A stretch of 64,000 nucleotides of DNA, taken from positions 352,001-416,000 of the forward strand of contig OY781089.1 in the NCBI GenBank assembly GCA_963676565.1, given 5' to 3'. A model generated the notes under the pieces. The model was given only the letters and a program-made list of their open reading frames with translations, ran no database searches and was not told the DNA's origin. Shown piece after piece: positions 1 to 9,718 of the stretch (its first letter is position 1; the number at the start of each line of letters is the position of its first letter). Source of the stretch: Halarcobacter sp. (GTDB taxonomy: Bacteria > Campylobacterota > Campylobacteria > Campylobacterales > Arcobacteraceae). Both the position numbers and the translations under genes were made by a program.

Positions 1-1
1 A

Positions 2-874
2 AGCTTTCTTAGATTCTAATAATAAATCTAAATCTCCATTAAAATCTTTTAGATTACCCATTTTTAAAAATTCTAAACACTCATTACAAGGGAAAACATT
101 TCCATATGGGTCAATAACTAAAGATCGACTACCCATAAAACAATTAAAAAGAGGTACACTATTTTTATAAATTGATTTTGCCCATAACCAATTTGGTTTT
201 CGTCTCTCATCTAACCAATTTACCTTAGTAAGTAAAAATTCTATCTCTTCTAACTCATTATCTGTATAACTATATATTTTATCTTTATTTTGAAGCAATC
301 CTGCATTTCTAGAATATCCTATAAAATAACCAACTTCTAACTCTTTCGCAAAATCAACTACCCATGGAATATCTTTATAATTCTCTTTATAAACAATCAT
401 TGTTAAACGGATTTGTATTCCCAAACTCTTCAAAAGATTAACAGTTTCTATTACTTTTCCATAACCATTTTTGACTAATCGTACTTTTTCATAATTCTCT
501 TTTGAGCCATCAAGAGAGATGTCTATTCTAAAATTTTTAGGACTAATATATTTTAAACATTCTTTTACAACTTCATGATGTTTTTGAGGATACCACCCAC
601 TAATATTTGTATGAAGAAAGGCATCTTTTTTATATTTTGAGATAACTCTTACTGCCTCAACATATTTTTGTGAAAGTTGGGATTCTCCGGCAGTTAAATC
701 AAAATAATTTGTTTTTTCTAAATATTTTGATTGAATAGTTTTTTCAAAGATTTCAATCTCTATTTCATTATTAGTGATTTCATTTTTTTCATACTGCCAA
801 ATATTACAATTAACACACTTTCCTGGACAATACAGTGAAACCATATAATTTATATCTTCTATTTGATACTTCAT
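2..874 (-). CDS. Radical SAM protein with SPASM/twitch-like C-terminal region (partial, runs off the window start)
   Basis: Not in the ORF track; translated by hand from ATG at 874 as MKYQIEDINYMVSLYCPGKCVNCNIW. Has CxxxCxxC, ISLDG and later CFMGSRSLVIDPYGNVFPC. Starts 1 nt after the stop of the upstream glycosyltransferase gene. Confidence 0.85.
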   Translation of the reverse strand, partial: MKYQIEDINYMVSLYCPGKCVNCNIWQYEKNEITNNEIEIEIFEKTIQSKYLEKTNYFDLTAGESQLSQKYVEAVRVISKYKKDAFLHTNISGWYPQKHHEVVKECLKYISPKNFRIDISLDGSKENYEKVRLVKNGYGKVIETVNLLKSLGIQIRLTMIVYKENYKDIPWVVDFAKELEVGYFIGYSRNAGLLQNKDKIYSYTDNELEEIEFLLTKVNWLDERRKPNWLWAKSIYKNSVPLFNCFMGSRSLVIDPYGNVFPCNECLEFLKMGNLKDFNGDLDLLLESKKA

Positions 875-875
875 T

Positions 876-2015
876 TTAACTTCTTATCTTTATATATTCA
901 ACTAACTCTTCTAATTTTTTATCTAATGATATTTTTCTTGCTTCAAAATGAAGAGACTCAATATTTGCTCTATTTTGTTTTTTTAAAAATTTAATTATAT
1001 TTTCTATATTTAAAGGTCTGTCATTAAATGATTCCATTAAATATGCCTCTTTAATATTATCTTTCCCATCAATTCCATGATCTTCATGAGCTAAGACAAA
1101 AGGTAATCCCCAAGCCATAAAATCTAAAGTTTTTAAAGTATTAACTTTACCACCCTGCTTTCGATGAACAGCTAGATCATTTATACCTAAATCAATTTTA
1201 TTAATATATTTGTTAATTTCTATAATTGGAATAAATCCTAGATAATTAATTTTGACATACTCTTTTACAAGTTTTAGATCATAATATTCTAAAATCTCTT
1301 TAAAGCCTTCAATATCGGTTCCACCAACATAAAGTTCAAAAAGGGTTTTCTTTGATTCTTTTAAATAGTTTTCTAAACCTAAAAGAAGTCTATCATAACC
1401 TGAGTATTCATATTTTCCATATTTTGAAGACATAAGTAAAAAAGAGATATGAGTCTCATCATACTTTTTAAAATCCCTTTTTTTATAGTTGTTAATAAAT
1501 ATACTATTATTCATAACATAAATATTATCAATTTTTCCCTCATAATATCCATTATCATAAGATAAAATAGAGAAAGAAACACTTTTCATTGCTTCTAAAT
1601 TATAGCGATTAGATAATTTATAATAAAGTGGTTTTTCTATAGTTGTTTCTTCAATTGGTGGAGTTGGATATTCTAAAATTGGTTTAAATTTTTTTATAAA
1701 ATTAAAAATCTTTTTTGAAACAAAATCCATTCTCAATATAATATGATCAGGATTTAATTGAGAAACTCTTTTTAATAACTCATCATAAATATTTTCCCAA
1801 ACTCTCATAGCAGAAAACTTTTGATTTAAAAATGTTCCTCTTAAAAAATAAATATTTTCAATATCTTCAAAGTTATTAAATCCGAGAGGAGAAATAAAAA
1901 TTAAATGATAATTAATATTCTCATTTTTCTTAAAAACTTTATAGTAATTCATATATTTCTGATATATATTAGTACCACCATTTACCCCTATATAAACAAT
2001 ATGTATTAATTTCAT
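876..2015 (-). CDS. Glycosyltransferase, GT-B fold (GT4-like)
   Basis: C-terminal YLGF...DLGINDL...TLKTLDFMAWGLPFV resembles the GT4 nucleotide-binding signature; lies in the glycan operon. Confidence 0.7.
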   Translation of the reverse strand: MKLIHIVYIGVNGGTNIYQKYMNYYKVFKKNENINYHLIFISPLGFNNFEDIENIYFLRGTFLNQKFSAMRVWENIYDELLKRVSQLNPDHIILRMDFVSKKIFNFIKKFKPILEYPTPPIEETTIEKPLYYKLSNRYNLEAMKSVSFSILSYDNGYYEGKIDNIYVMNNSIFINNYKKRDFKKYDETHISFLLMSSKYGKYEYSGYDRLLLGLENYLKESKKTLFELYVGGTDIEGFKEILEYYDLKLVKEYVKINYLGFIPIIEINKYINKIDLGINDLAVHRKQGGKVNTLKTLDFMAWGLPFVLAHEDHGIDGKDNIKEAYLMESFNDRPLNIENIIKFLKKQNRANIESLHFEARKISLDKKLEELVEYIKIRS

Positions 2016-2018
2016 ACT

Positions 2019-2729
2019 CTATTTTCCAAATCTATTTTTCCAAGATTCAAATAAACTTATTGCTTTATTTTGCTCATCTTCATTCATAGGAGGGTTTGAA
2101 GTAACATTTTCAATCAAACCTATTTTAGGGATAATTATATTATCTTTTAAATACTTATCACAAATAAAAGATAACTCTTCATTTTCAATTAAATTACATT
2201 TATATTTAATATCTTCAATTCTATCATCAATATTTATTTCAACTAGTCTCTCTTTTATAACTTTCCCTGCATCAATTCTTTTATCAATAAAATGTGTAGT
2301 TATGTATAAAGGGACTCTTTTTTGTATACTCCAATATAAAGAATCTAAACCACTAGATTCTGGAATTTTTCCAGGATGAAGATTTATTATACCATGACTA
2401 AAACTATTAATGATATTCTCTTTTAAAATTCTTGCACCTGAAATAATTCCTAAATTTGCATTGAGTTTTTTTATTAAAGTTAATGATTCATTACTGTTAT
2501 GAGTAACGACAAAATATGGAATATCATATAAATCACATAACTCTTTAGGGTGAAAGATTGGAGGGTTAGAAATACTTCTTTTATAAATCTTGTTAGGTAA
2601 ATGTAACTTTACACTTGGTGCAGCTAAATACCCTACAACTTCAATACCACACTTTTTTAAAATATGTAAAAAATTTTCACTTTTTTTGTGAGGAAAATTA
2701 TAGCCGAAAACAACCACTTTATACATCAT
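2019..2729 (-). CDS. Formyltransferase-family protein (sugar N-formyltransferase-like)
   Basis: INLHPG.IP...G and TTHFIDKRIDAG motifs of the formyl transferase fold. Confidence 0.8.
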   Translation of the reverse strand: MMYKVVVFGYNFPHKKSENFLHILKKCGIEVVGYLAAPSVKLHLPNKIYKRSISNPPIFHPKELCDLYDIPYFVVTHNSNESLTLIKKLNANLGIISGARILKENIINSFSHGIINLHPGKIPESSGLDSLYWSIQKRVPLYITTHFIDKRIDAGKVIKERLVEINIDDRIEDIKYKCNLIENEELSFICDKYLKDNIIIPKIGLIENVTSNPPMNEDEQNKAISLFESWKNRFGK

Positions 2730-3678
2730 TAAACCTCATGCAAAGAGGATGATAATCCCCCTCTATTCTAGATAAAGAGCAATTTCTAATATCTGAAGCT
2801 ACACAAATTGAAGATAATGAGTCTTCTAAAGAAAAACCTTGATTATCTAATATCATTTCATAACTTTTTGTATGTAAGTCAGTAAAACCATCAGAAAACT
2901 CTAACTGCTTACTATCAATACAGATATTCCTATAAGTTCTTTGACCTTTTTGTTTAATATTAGTTGGTAAAAAAGATTCATTTATAGATAAAAACCATCT
3001 AACTCTTGCATATTTTAGTTCTAAAAAACCTGAATGGATATCTTCTTTTTTAACATGAACTTTACTATTTTTTACCTCTCCAAAAATATCAATTAACATA
3101 TCAAAGAAATGAATACCTATATTTGTAGAAACTCCACCTGATTTAATTAAATCATTTTTCCAAGAATAAAAATACCATTTACCCCTAGATGTAATATAAG
3201 TTAAATCAATATCAAATATTTTAGAAGGGTTTTCTTTTAATTGAGCTTGTACCTTTTTTTTCAAATCTTGAATAGTAGGATGTAGTCTAAGTTGTAAAAT
3301 TGTATTAACATCTTTATTATACTCTTTTTCTATATCCATAAGTTTATATACATTATTGGGATTTAAAACTAAAGGTTTTTCACAAATTGCATGGGCATTA
3401 CTTCTTAATGCAAATCTAATATGAGAATCATGTAAATAGTTAGGAGAACAAATTGAAATGTAATCAATTTTATCTTTAGTATTTCGAAACTTATCAACAT
3501 ATCTATCAAATCTTTCAAACTCTGTAAAAAAAGCACAATTTGGGAAAAAGCTATCTAAAATACCTACACTATCATGTTTATCTAAAGCGACATCTAAATA
3601 ATTATTTGTATCTTTTATAGCCTTTAAATGTCTTGGTGCAATATATCCTGCAACTCCTATTAATGCAAATTTTTTCAC
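2719..3678 (-). CDS. wbpB: Gfo/Idh/MocA oxidoreductase, WbpB/WlbA-like (UDP-GlcNAcA 3-dehydrogenase type)
   Basis: FALIGVAGYIAPRHLKAIK, ICSPNYLHDSH, CEKPLV, NIGIHFFD and EFSDGFTDLH closely match WbpB/WlbA. Probable GTG start at 3678 after GAGG; the track extends to 3693. Confidence 0.85.
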   Translation of the reverse strand: MKKFALIGVAGYIAPRHLKAIKDTNNYLDVALDKHDSVGILDSFFPNCAFFTEFERFDRYVDKFRNTKDKIDYISICSPNYLHDSHIRFALRSNAHAICEKPLVLNPNNVYKLMDIEKEYNKDVNTILQLRLHPTIQDLKKKVQAQLKENPSKIFDIDLTYITSRGKWYFYSWKNDLIKSGGVSTNIGIHFFDMLIDIFGEVKNSKVHVKKEDIHSGFLELKYARVRWFLSINESFLPTNIKQKGQRTYRNICIDSKQLEFSDGFTDLHTKSYEMILDNQGFSLEDSLSSICVASDIRNCSLSRIEGDYHPLCMRFNDV

Positions 3679-3685
3679 AAAAACC

Positions 3686-4414
3686 TCATCCATTTTTTTT
3701 TACTTTTAATACATAATGTACACTTTTGTCTAAAGCATTTCTATAATCATGCTGTATAACGTCAAAACCATTTTCTTCAAAACTTTTATAAAGATACTCT
3801 TTATCATAAAAAAATCGATAAATATAATCATCATTTTCAAACTGATACATTTTTTTTATCAATGGAGGAATACAATCGTAAAATACTATAAGAGTTTTAT
3901 CATGACATCTACTAATTAAATTTTTAAGTAATAAAGACAAATCTTCACAGAACATAATACAACTTCTTAATAAAATCACATCAAACTCTTCTTCGAAAAG
4001 CTTATTTCTTTTATCATTTAAATCAAATACAATTGCAGGTATCTTTAATCTGTTTTTAGCGTATTTTACAACTGTTTCATTAATTTCTGTTAAATATGCT
4101 CGTGCACCAAATTTTTCAAATTTCTTTACAAAATGACCATTCCCACCACTTATATCTAAAATCTTCTTATCTTGAAAATTAAATCCATCTACTTCAAAAA
4201 TATCTTCCATCTCTAACATAAAGTTTTGGAAAACATAAGATTGTTTTTTAATATGTCCAAAGTTAATAAAATAATCATAAAATTCTTGAGTATAACTCAC
4301 ATCTTTTTTAGGAAGACTAAAGGCATTTGTGCAATATTTACAAACATACCATTTATGTTTAGCTGTATCATATTCTTCAAATTCAGTTTCTTCCTTGCAT
4401 ATTTGACATCTCAT
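3686..4414 (-). CDS. Class I SAM-dependent methyltransferase with N-terminal Zn-ribbon
   Basis: N-terminal CxxC...CxxC, motif I ILDISGGNG, and FDVI motif. Confidence 0.8.
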   Translation of the reverse strand: MRCQICKEETEFEEYDTAKHKWYVCKYCTNAFSLPKKDVSYTQEFYDYFINFGHIKKQSYVFQNFMLEMEDIFEVDGFNFQDKKILDISGGNGHFVKKFEKFGARAYLTEINETVVKYAKNRLKIPAIVFDLNDKRNKLFEEEFDVILLRSCIMFCEDLSLLLKNLISRCHDKTLIVFYDCIPPLIKKMYQFENDDYIYRFFYDKEYLYKSFEENGFDVIQHDYRNALDKSVHYVLKVKKNG

Positions 4415-5430
4415 GAATCATACTCCTTTTTAATATATTCATTAAACCATTTTTCATCTAATCTTAATTTTTTTAAAACATATTTCTTATCATTAATTAA
4501 TTCAACTTCATCATATATTGGCTTTTCTAAAATTTGCAAAGCTTCATTTCTTGTAATTTGTTTTGCTTTTATCATAGAAGATAAATGTGCTCTTCTTTTA
4601 TCAATATTATATTTTGTTGGCAAAATATAGTTTTGATAAAATTTTGTAAAAATTGATTCAGAGTGTTTTCCCCCATACTCTTTCCAATCACAAAACTTAT
4701 TTAATATTTTTTTTGCATCTTCTTTATTATAATCTATATGATTCAAAGGAGAAATAAACTCAATATCAATAAGTTTTTTATTGATGTAAGGATATGTTTT
4801 AAAATCATTAATTCCATAATTAAATGCTGTCTTTTGAATTAAACTAAAATCCATTTTATCATGAACCCAATCTCTTGGAAGAATTGACTCACTTTGATAA
4901 TTTTGTCCACTAACTGAGTATTTAATCTTGAATTTTTCACATACTATTTGTTGTATTGCATTCATTGCATGATCCGTAACCATTTCTAGATCAATATTAT
5001 CTGAATAAAAAAATGCCCTTTGTAACTCCCTAAACTCTTCCCAATCAATTATGTAAGTGTATAAATCAAGATTCAGTTTTTTTACAAGAAGCTCAATATT
5101 ATGAATAGCTGCCTCACTATTCCATCCATTATCACAATGAACTACCAAAGGTCTTAAATTTAGCTTCACTACACAATAATAAAGTAAAAAAGAGCTATCA
5201 ATACCTCCACTAAGTCCTAATATAACATCATAATTACTATTTTTCTGATTTAATTTTATATCTTCAACTTTAGAGATTAAATCTGCAAATGATTTTTGTT
5301 TAATTCCTCTTTGTTCATACCAATGACAATGTGAACAAATACCATTTTCATCAAATTTAATAGATGGATCACTTGTATCCATAACACATTTAGAACAAAC
5401 TTGATACTCTCTAAACATAGTTATGTCCAT
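4411..5430 (-). CDS. N-acetyl sugar amidotransferase (WbpG/PseA/PtmG family)
   Basis: CSKCVMDTSDP..FDENGICSHC, PP-loop LSGGIDSS, DNGWNS, YGGKH.ES.FTKF, IDKRRAHLSS. Confidence 0.9.
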   Translation of the reverse strand: MDITMFREYQVCSKCVMDTSDPSIKFDENGICSHCHWYEQRGIKQKSFADLISKVEDIKLNQKNSNYDVILGLSGGIDSSFLLYYCVVKLNLRPLVVHCDNGWNSEAAIHNIELLVKKLNLDLYTYIIDWEEFRELQRAFFYSDNIDLEMVTDHAMNAIQQIVCEKFKIKYSVSGQNYQSESILPRDWVHDKMDFSLIQKTAFNYGINDFKTYPYINKKLIDIEFISPLNHIDYNKEDAKKILNKFCDWKEYGGKHSESIFTKFYQNYILPTKYNIDKRRAHLSSMIKAKQITRNEALQILEKPIYDEVELINDKKYVLKKLRLDEKWFNEYIKKEYDS

Positions 5431-6187
5431 TGTTTATTTTTTTGATTATATATTCTCTATCTTCCAAACTCAAATATTGTAATAAAACACTCTTTAATTT
5501 AGTTAAGTATAAAAAATAAGAACCTATAGCAAATGCTTTAATATTTGTATTGTTAATTACTTCAACAATATCATCTAGGCTTCCCATTCCTCCTAGAGCA
5601 ATTAATTCACAATTTACTTCTTTAAACTTTGATAAAAGTTCAGTATCGTAACCCATCATCATTCCATCATGATTTACTGAATTTATAACTATCTCACCAA
5701 TACCTAAATTTATCAAAATTTTAATATGTTTTTGTAAATTTTCATTTTTTACTACATTATTTTTATAGTCAAATAAAAAATATTCATTATTAACATTAAC
5801 TATATCCAAACATACAGAAACACTTTGCGACCCAAATAAATTAATCAACTTTGATATAAAATCATAATCAAATGAATTTCTACCTATAATTAATTTTTCT
5901 ATACCCAAATTTATCAGTTTAAATGCATCCTCAATATTTGAGATATTCCCTCCATATGATATGGGTCTAGTAAATTCATCAACCATGTCTTTTAGTAGTT
6001 GGAAATTTATCATATTTTTATTAATTGCGCTTTTATCTAAAATAATAAGTTCATCTACATTTTTTTGATTAAATATTTTAATACTATTAATTGGGTCCCC
6101 AATGTATCTATCAAACTTAAATTGTTTTGTCTTAATTACTTTATTTTCACTCAATAAAATCACAGGAAAAATTCGTAAAGGAATCAT
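5411..6187 (-). CDS. hisF: HisF-like cyclase paralogue associated with glycan amidotransfer (HisF2 type)
   Basis: VIKTKQF..RYIGDPINSIKIFN..VDEL, YGG, GEIVINSVNHDGMMMGYD; adjacent to hisH-like and amidotransferase genes. Confidence 0.85.
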   Translation of the reverse strand: MIPLRIFPVILLSENKVIKTKQFKFDRYIGDPINSIKIFNQKNVDELIILDKSAINKNMINFQLLKDMVDEFTRPISYGGNISNIEDAFKLINLGIEKLIIGRNSFDYDFISKLINLFGSQSVSVCLDIVNVNNEYFLFDYKNNVVKNENLQKHIKILINLGIGEIVINSVNHDGMMMGYDTELLSKFKEVNCELIALGGMGSLDDIVEVINNTNIKAFAIGSYFLYLTKLKSVLLQYLSLEDREYIIKKINNGHNYV

Positions 6188-6753
6188 TTAAACTCCTCTA
6201 CAAAATATTTTAAAAAATCTAAACCAAGGTCGCCACTAATTTCTGGATGAAATTGACAAGCTAAAATATTCTCTTTTTTAATAATTGCTGGAATTTTCAT
6301 ATTATAAATAACATAATCTATCTCACAATTTTCTTCTTTAACCTCTAGGAAATATGAGTGAGAGAAGTAATATTTTTTTTCATTTACATAATTAAAACCA
6401 ATATGTGGAACTTTATATATCTCATTTGAATTTATTTTTTTTACTTTAGCATTAATAAAACCTAAACCTTTAAGAGTACCTTCTTCACTACTAACACTAA
6501 AAAGTTGCATTCCTAGACAAATTCCTAAAATTGGTTTTTTATCTACTAATACTATTTTTTTTAAATCTTGAACAATTGGTTTTAAAATCTTCATTGCAGA
6601 ATCAAAACTACCAATTCCAGGTAAGATTAATTTATCACACTTTTCTAATTCATCATACTCTTTTACTATTTTAACTGATGCATTAATTGAATTTAAGGCA
6701 TTAAATAAAGAATTTAAATTATTAGCTTTAGTATCTATAATTCCAATAGTCAT
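6184..6753 (-). CDS. hisH: HisH-like glutamine amidotransferase paralogue
   Basis: LILPGIGSF, PILGICLGMQ, VPHIG, QFHPE class I GATase motifs. Confidence 0.9.
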   Translation of the reverse strand: MTIGIIDTKANNLNSLFNALNSINASVKIVKEYDELEKCDKLILPGIGSFDSAMKILKPIVQDLKKIVLVDKKPILGICLGMQLFSVSSEEGTLKGLGFINAKVKKINSNEIYKVPHIGFNYVNEKKYYFSHSYFLEVKEENCEIDYVIYNMKIPAIIKKENILACQFHPEISGDLGLDFLKYFVEEFK

Positions 6754-7472
6754 CTATGCTCTTTCTCATTCATATATGAAAACAAAAACTCTGCATATTT
6801 AAAATCTATTTCGGTATCAATATCAATAGATACATCTTTATCCATTTCAAAAGCAAAAATATTATTATTTAAAAATACACTATCTACTTTACTAAAACTC
6901 TCTACTTTACAAATAAAAATTGCGCCATTAAGTCTATAATATTTTTCTAAATCTTGACTTTTACTATTTGTAGGAATATTTTGAAGGAAAAGAGACATAT
7001 CTTTTGAAGGAGGAAGAATACCAGTCCATTGTATTGGGTGTTCAACTTCACAAACAGATACAACTGCTTCTGCATTTTTATTAAACAAAAATTCTATTGC
7101 ATTATCAATATGGATTTCATCTCTTAAAGGGGAAGTTGGTTGTAAATAAATTAAATATTCAAATTCCATAAGAAGATTGTTTTTATAAAATTCTAATGTA
7201 TGCTTTATCACTTCATCTTTAGTTGTGTTATCTCTAGATATCTCTTTGGGTCGTAAGAATGGAGTTTTAGCACCAAATTTTTGAGATATCAATTTTATTT
7301 TTTCATCATCTGTACTAACCATAACTTCATCAATATATCTACTTTTACTAGCTGCTTCAATACTCCAAGAAATCAAAGGCTTTCCATTTAACTCTAATAT
7401 ATTCTTATTTTTAACTCTTTTACTCCCACTTCTTGCAGGAATTATTGCCAAAATTTTATTATTTTGATACAT
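6750..7472 (-). CDS. neuA: CMP-nonulosonate (acylneuraminate) cytidylyltransferase, NeuA/LegF-like
   Basis: AIIPARSGSKRVKNKNI, LQPTSPLR, NGAIF, SIDIDTEIDF. Confidence 0.9.
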   Translation of the reverse strand: MYQNNKILAIIPARSGSKRVKNKNILELNGKPLISWSIEAASKSRYIDEVMVSTDDEKIKLISQKFGAKTPFLRPKEISRDNTTKDEVIKHTLEFYKNNLLMEFEYLIYLQPTSPLRDEIHIDNAIEFLFNKNAEAVVSVCEVEHPIQWTGILPPSKDMSLFLQNIPTNSKSQDLEKYYRLNGAIFICKVESFSKVDSVFLNNNIFAFEMDKDVSIDIDTEIDFKYAEFLFSYMNEKEHR

Positions 7473-8871
7473 TTTTTAAGACTTCTTCAATTTCATCTTT
7501 ACTTTTTAAGCTTTCATAAGTAGGTAAATTTAAACCTCTTTTTGAAAGAGCATGGGAAATAGGTGTTGAAGAATTACAATATTCTTTATAAATTTCCATA
7601 TCACTTAAAGGATAAAAAAATGGTCTCGCGTCAATTCCATTATCTTTTAATTTTGAAATAAATTCATCCCTATTTGTTTCTTCAGAAATTAAAGCACTAA
7701 CCAACCAAGTAACCCTTTCTCTTTTTTCTAAATCTACTTGAAATTTGAAATTACTTTTTGTAAGTACTTTTTTATATGTTTTTTCATATTTTCTTCTATT
7801 TTCATGAATCTCGTCTATTCTTTCTAATTGAGCGAGTCCAATTGATGCTTGTAAATTTGTTAATCGATAATTAAACCCAACTACATCATTCCAGTATCGT
7901 CTTTTTTTATTCATTCCATGATCTCTTAATACTCTCATTTTTTCGTCAAGAATTTTACTTTGGGTAACACACATTCCACCTTCACCAGTAGTTATAATTT
8001 TATTACCAAAAAAAGAGAAACATCCTATATCCCCAAAACTCCCTACTTTTTTATTATCATATTTTGAACCATGAGCTTGGGCACAATCTTCTATAACTTT
8101 CAGATTATACTCTTTAGCTATCTTTATGATTTCATCCATATTACACACTTGTCCATACAAATGTACAGGGATAATTGCCTTAGTCTTTGGAGTAATTGCT
8201 TTTCTAATCTCTACAGGATCAATACACCAGCTATCCTCTTCTATATCAACGATTACAGGAGTTGCATTTGAATGAAGTACAGCATTTATAGTTGCTGAAA
8301 ACGTTAAATCTGGAATTATCACTTCATCTCCCTCCTTAACATCTAAAGTCACTAAAGCCAAATGAAGTGCAACCGTTCCATTAGATACAGCAACACCAAA
8401 AGAGCTGTCAACATAAGAAGAAAATCCCTCTTCGAATTTTGTAATATATTCGCCACTACTTGAAATCCAGCTACTTAAAAAAGCATCCATAAGATACTTA
8501 AATTCATTTCCATTTAAATTAGGTATTGCTATTGGGAAATTTATATTTTGCCTATATTCAAAATAATCAACTACTTCTCTTTTATCATTTACTAAAGGAA
8601 TTATCTTAACCCTATCAGATATTTTACCAATCAAACTTTTATGTGACTCATTAGTTTTTCCATAGGTGAAGTCATCTTTTAAAATTGAAAATATTTTTTC
8701 ACTTAATGGAATATCCGTTAATAAGGCTCTTCTTATATCTCCATCGGTAACCACACCACACAATTTATTTTTATCATCAACAATAAAAGATATTCCCATA
8801 GCATTATCATTAATAACTTTCATAACATCAAGTAAACTTGCATCAACATTAGATAACATTTTTTCAATCAT
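7459..8871 (-). CDS. Fusion of a CBS-domain pair with a DegT/DnrJ PLP-dependent sugar aminotransferase
   Basis: N-terminal LCGVVTDGDIRRALL (CBS), then NGTVALHLAL, IEDCAQAHG, FSFFGNKIITTGEGG, GFNYRLTN. Likely start is ATG at 8871, overlapping the upstream stop; the track extends to 8913. Confidence 0.9.
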   Translation of the reverse strand: MIEKMLSNVDASLLDVMKVINDNAMGISFIVDDKNKLCGVVTDGDIRRALLTDIPLSEKIFSILKDDFTYGKTNESHKSLIGKISDRVKIIPLVNDKREVVDYFEYRQNINFPIAIPNLNGNEFKYLMDAFLSSWISSSGEYITKFEEGFSSYVDSSFGVAVSNGTVALHLALVTLDVKEGDEVIIPDLTFSATINAVLHSNATPVIVDIEEDSWCIDPVEIRKAITPKTKAIIPVHLYGQVCNMDEIIKIAKEYNLKVIEDCAQAHGSKYDNKKVGSFGDIGCFSFFGNKIITTGEGGMCVTQSKILDEKMRVLRDHGMNKKRRYWNDVVGFNYRLTNLQASIGLAQLERIDEIHENRRKYEKTYKKVLTKSNFKFQVDLEKRERVTWLVSALISEETNRDEFISKLKDNGIDARPFFYPLSDMEIYKEYCNSSTPISHALSKRGLNLPTYESLKSKDEIEEVLKNVSK

Positions 8872-9718
8872 TATAAACCTCTTGTAGAACCTCAATACTA
8901 TTTTTAATATCATTTAATCCACTATAAATTTCAAGTGTTATATCTCTATTTTTTAAATCATTTTTTTTTAAAATATTTATTAATTCTGATTCTTTTTTTA
9001 TAGAAAGATTTAAATCTTGTAAGCCATCATTATCACTTAAATGTAAATAATCTGTCTGTTTAATCATATTTAACAACTCACTTTCAAAAACTAAACCTAA
9101 AGTTTTACAGCTTACTTTTAAATGAGCGATATCCAAAAGAAGTTTAAAATTTATAAATTCTTTTAATTCTTCAAACTCTTTATAATTAGTTAACATAAAT
9201 GGATTAACTTTTTCATATGTTTTAGAATTCAACGAAGAAAAAACATTGTTTTCTAAATATACTTCAATCTGAATAAACTCTTTTTTTAATATATTAAAAC
9301 CTTCACAAAATCTTTTTATTGATTTCTTTTTATCAAAAATATCTTCTTTTGAAAGTTTCTTACCTATCTGATTTATTTTAATATCTATAAAAAAACCAGC
9401 ATGAAACCCAAACTTTGAAGAGGATAATTTATTACTCAAAGTTAATGAATTTATTAAATGCTCTAAACTTTTATTAAAAATTTCATCATTTAAAGATGCC
9501 AAATTTATTACGAAGGGCTCTTTAGGAGGAGGAAAATAGTTATGACATAAATAATTTAAGTCATATTTATTTTTTAACTCTAATAAATCCTCATCAAAAC
9601 CATCATAATATTCTGTACCACCGGAAAGTTCAATATTTTTAAATCCATTATCTACTAATTCTTGAACAGAATCTTTTATTTTTTTATGCTTTACGCAAGA
9701 AGAAGAGATATAAATCAA
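8864..9718 (-). CDS. Sugar-phosphate isomerase/epimerase-family TIM barrel (AP endonuclease 2/xylose isomerase-like)
   Basis: Metal-ligand pattern IELSGG, HNYFP, FHAGF, LENN, LLLDIAHL, LHLSDN, TLE. Confidence 0.75.
   Translation of the reverse strand: MIYISSSCVKHKKIKDSVQELVDNGFKNIELSGGTEYYDGFDEDLLELKNKYDLNYLCHNYFPPPKEPFVINLASLNDEIFNKSLEHLINSLTLSNKLSSSKFGFHAGFFIDIKINQIGKKLSKEDIFDKKKSIKRFCEGFNILKKEFIQIEVYLENNVFSSLNSKTYEKVNPFMLTNYKEFEELKEFINFKLLLDIAHLKVSCKTLGLVFESELLNMIKQTDYLHLSDNDGLQDLNLSIKKESELINILKKNDLKNRDITLEIYSGLNDIKNSIEVLQEVYND

Noticed and set aside
5411..6753. hisF/hisH as part of a histidine biosynthesis operon
   Set aside because: No other his genes are nearby, and adjacency to the N-acetyl sugar amidotransferase marks them as glycan-associated paralogues.
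3693..8969. Homopolymer runs (for example T9 at 3693-3701 and 8961-8969) as phase-variation tracts
   Set aside because: A/T runs of this length are expected in such AT-rich DNA, the frames are intact, and I saw no long poly-G/C tract of the Campylobacter contingency type.
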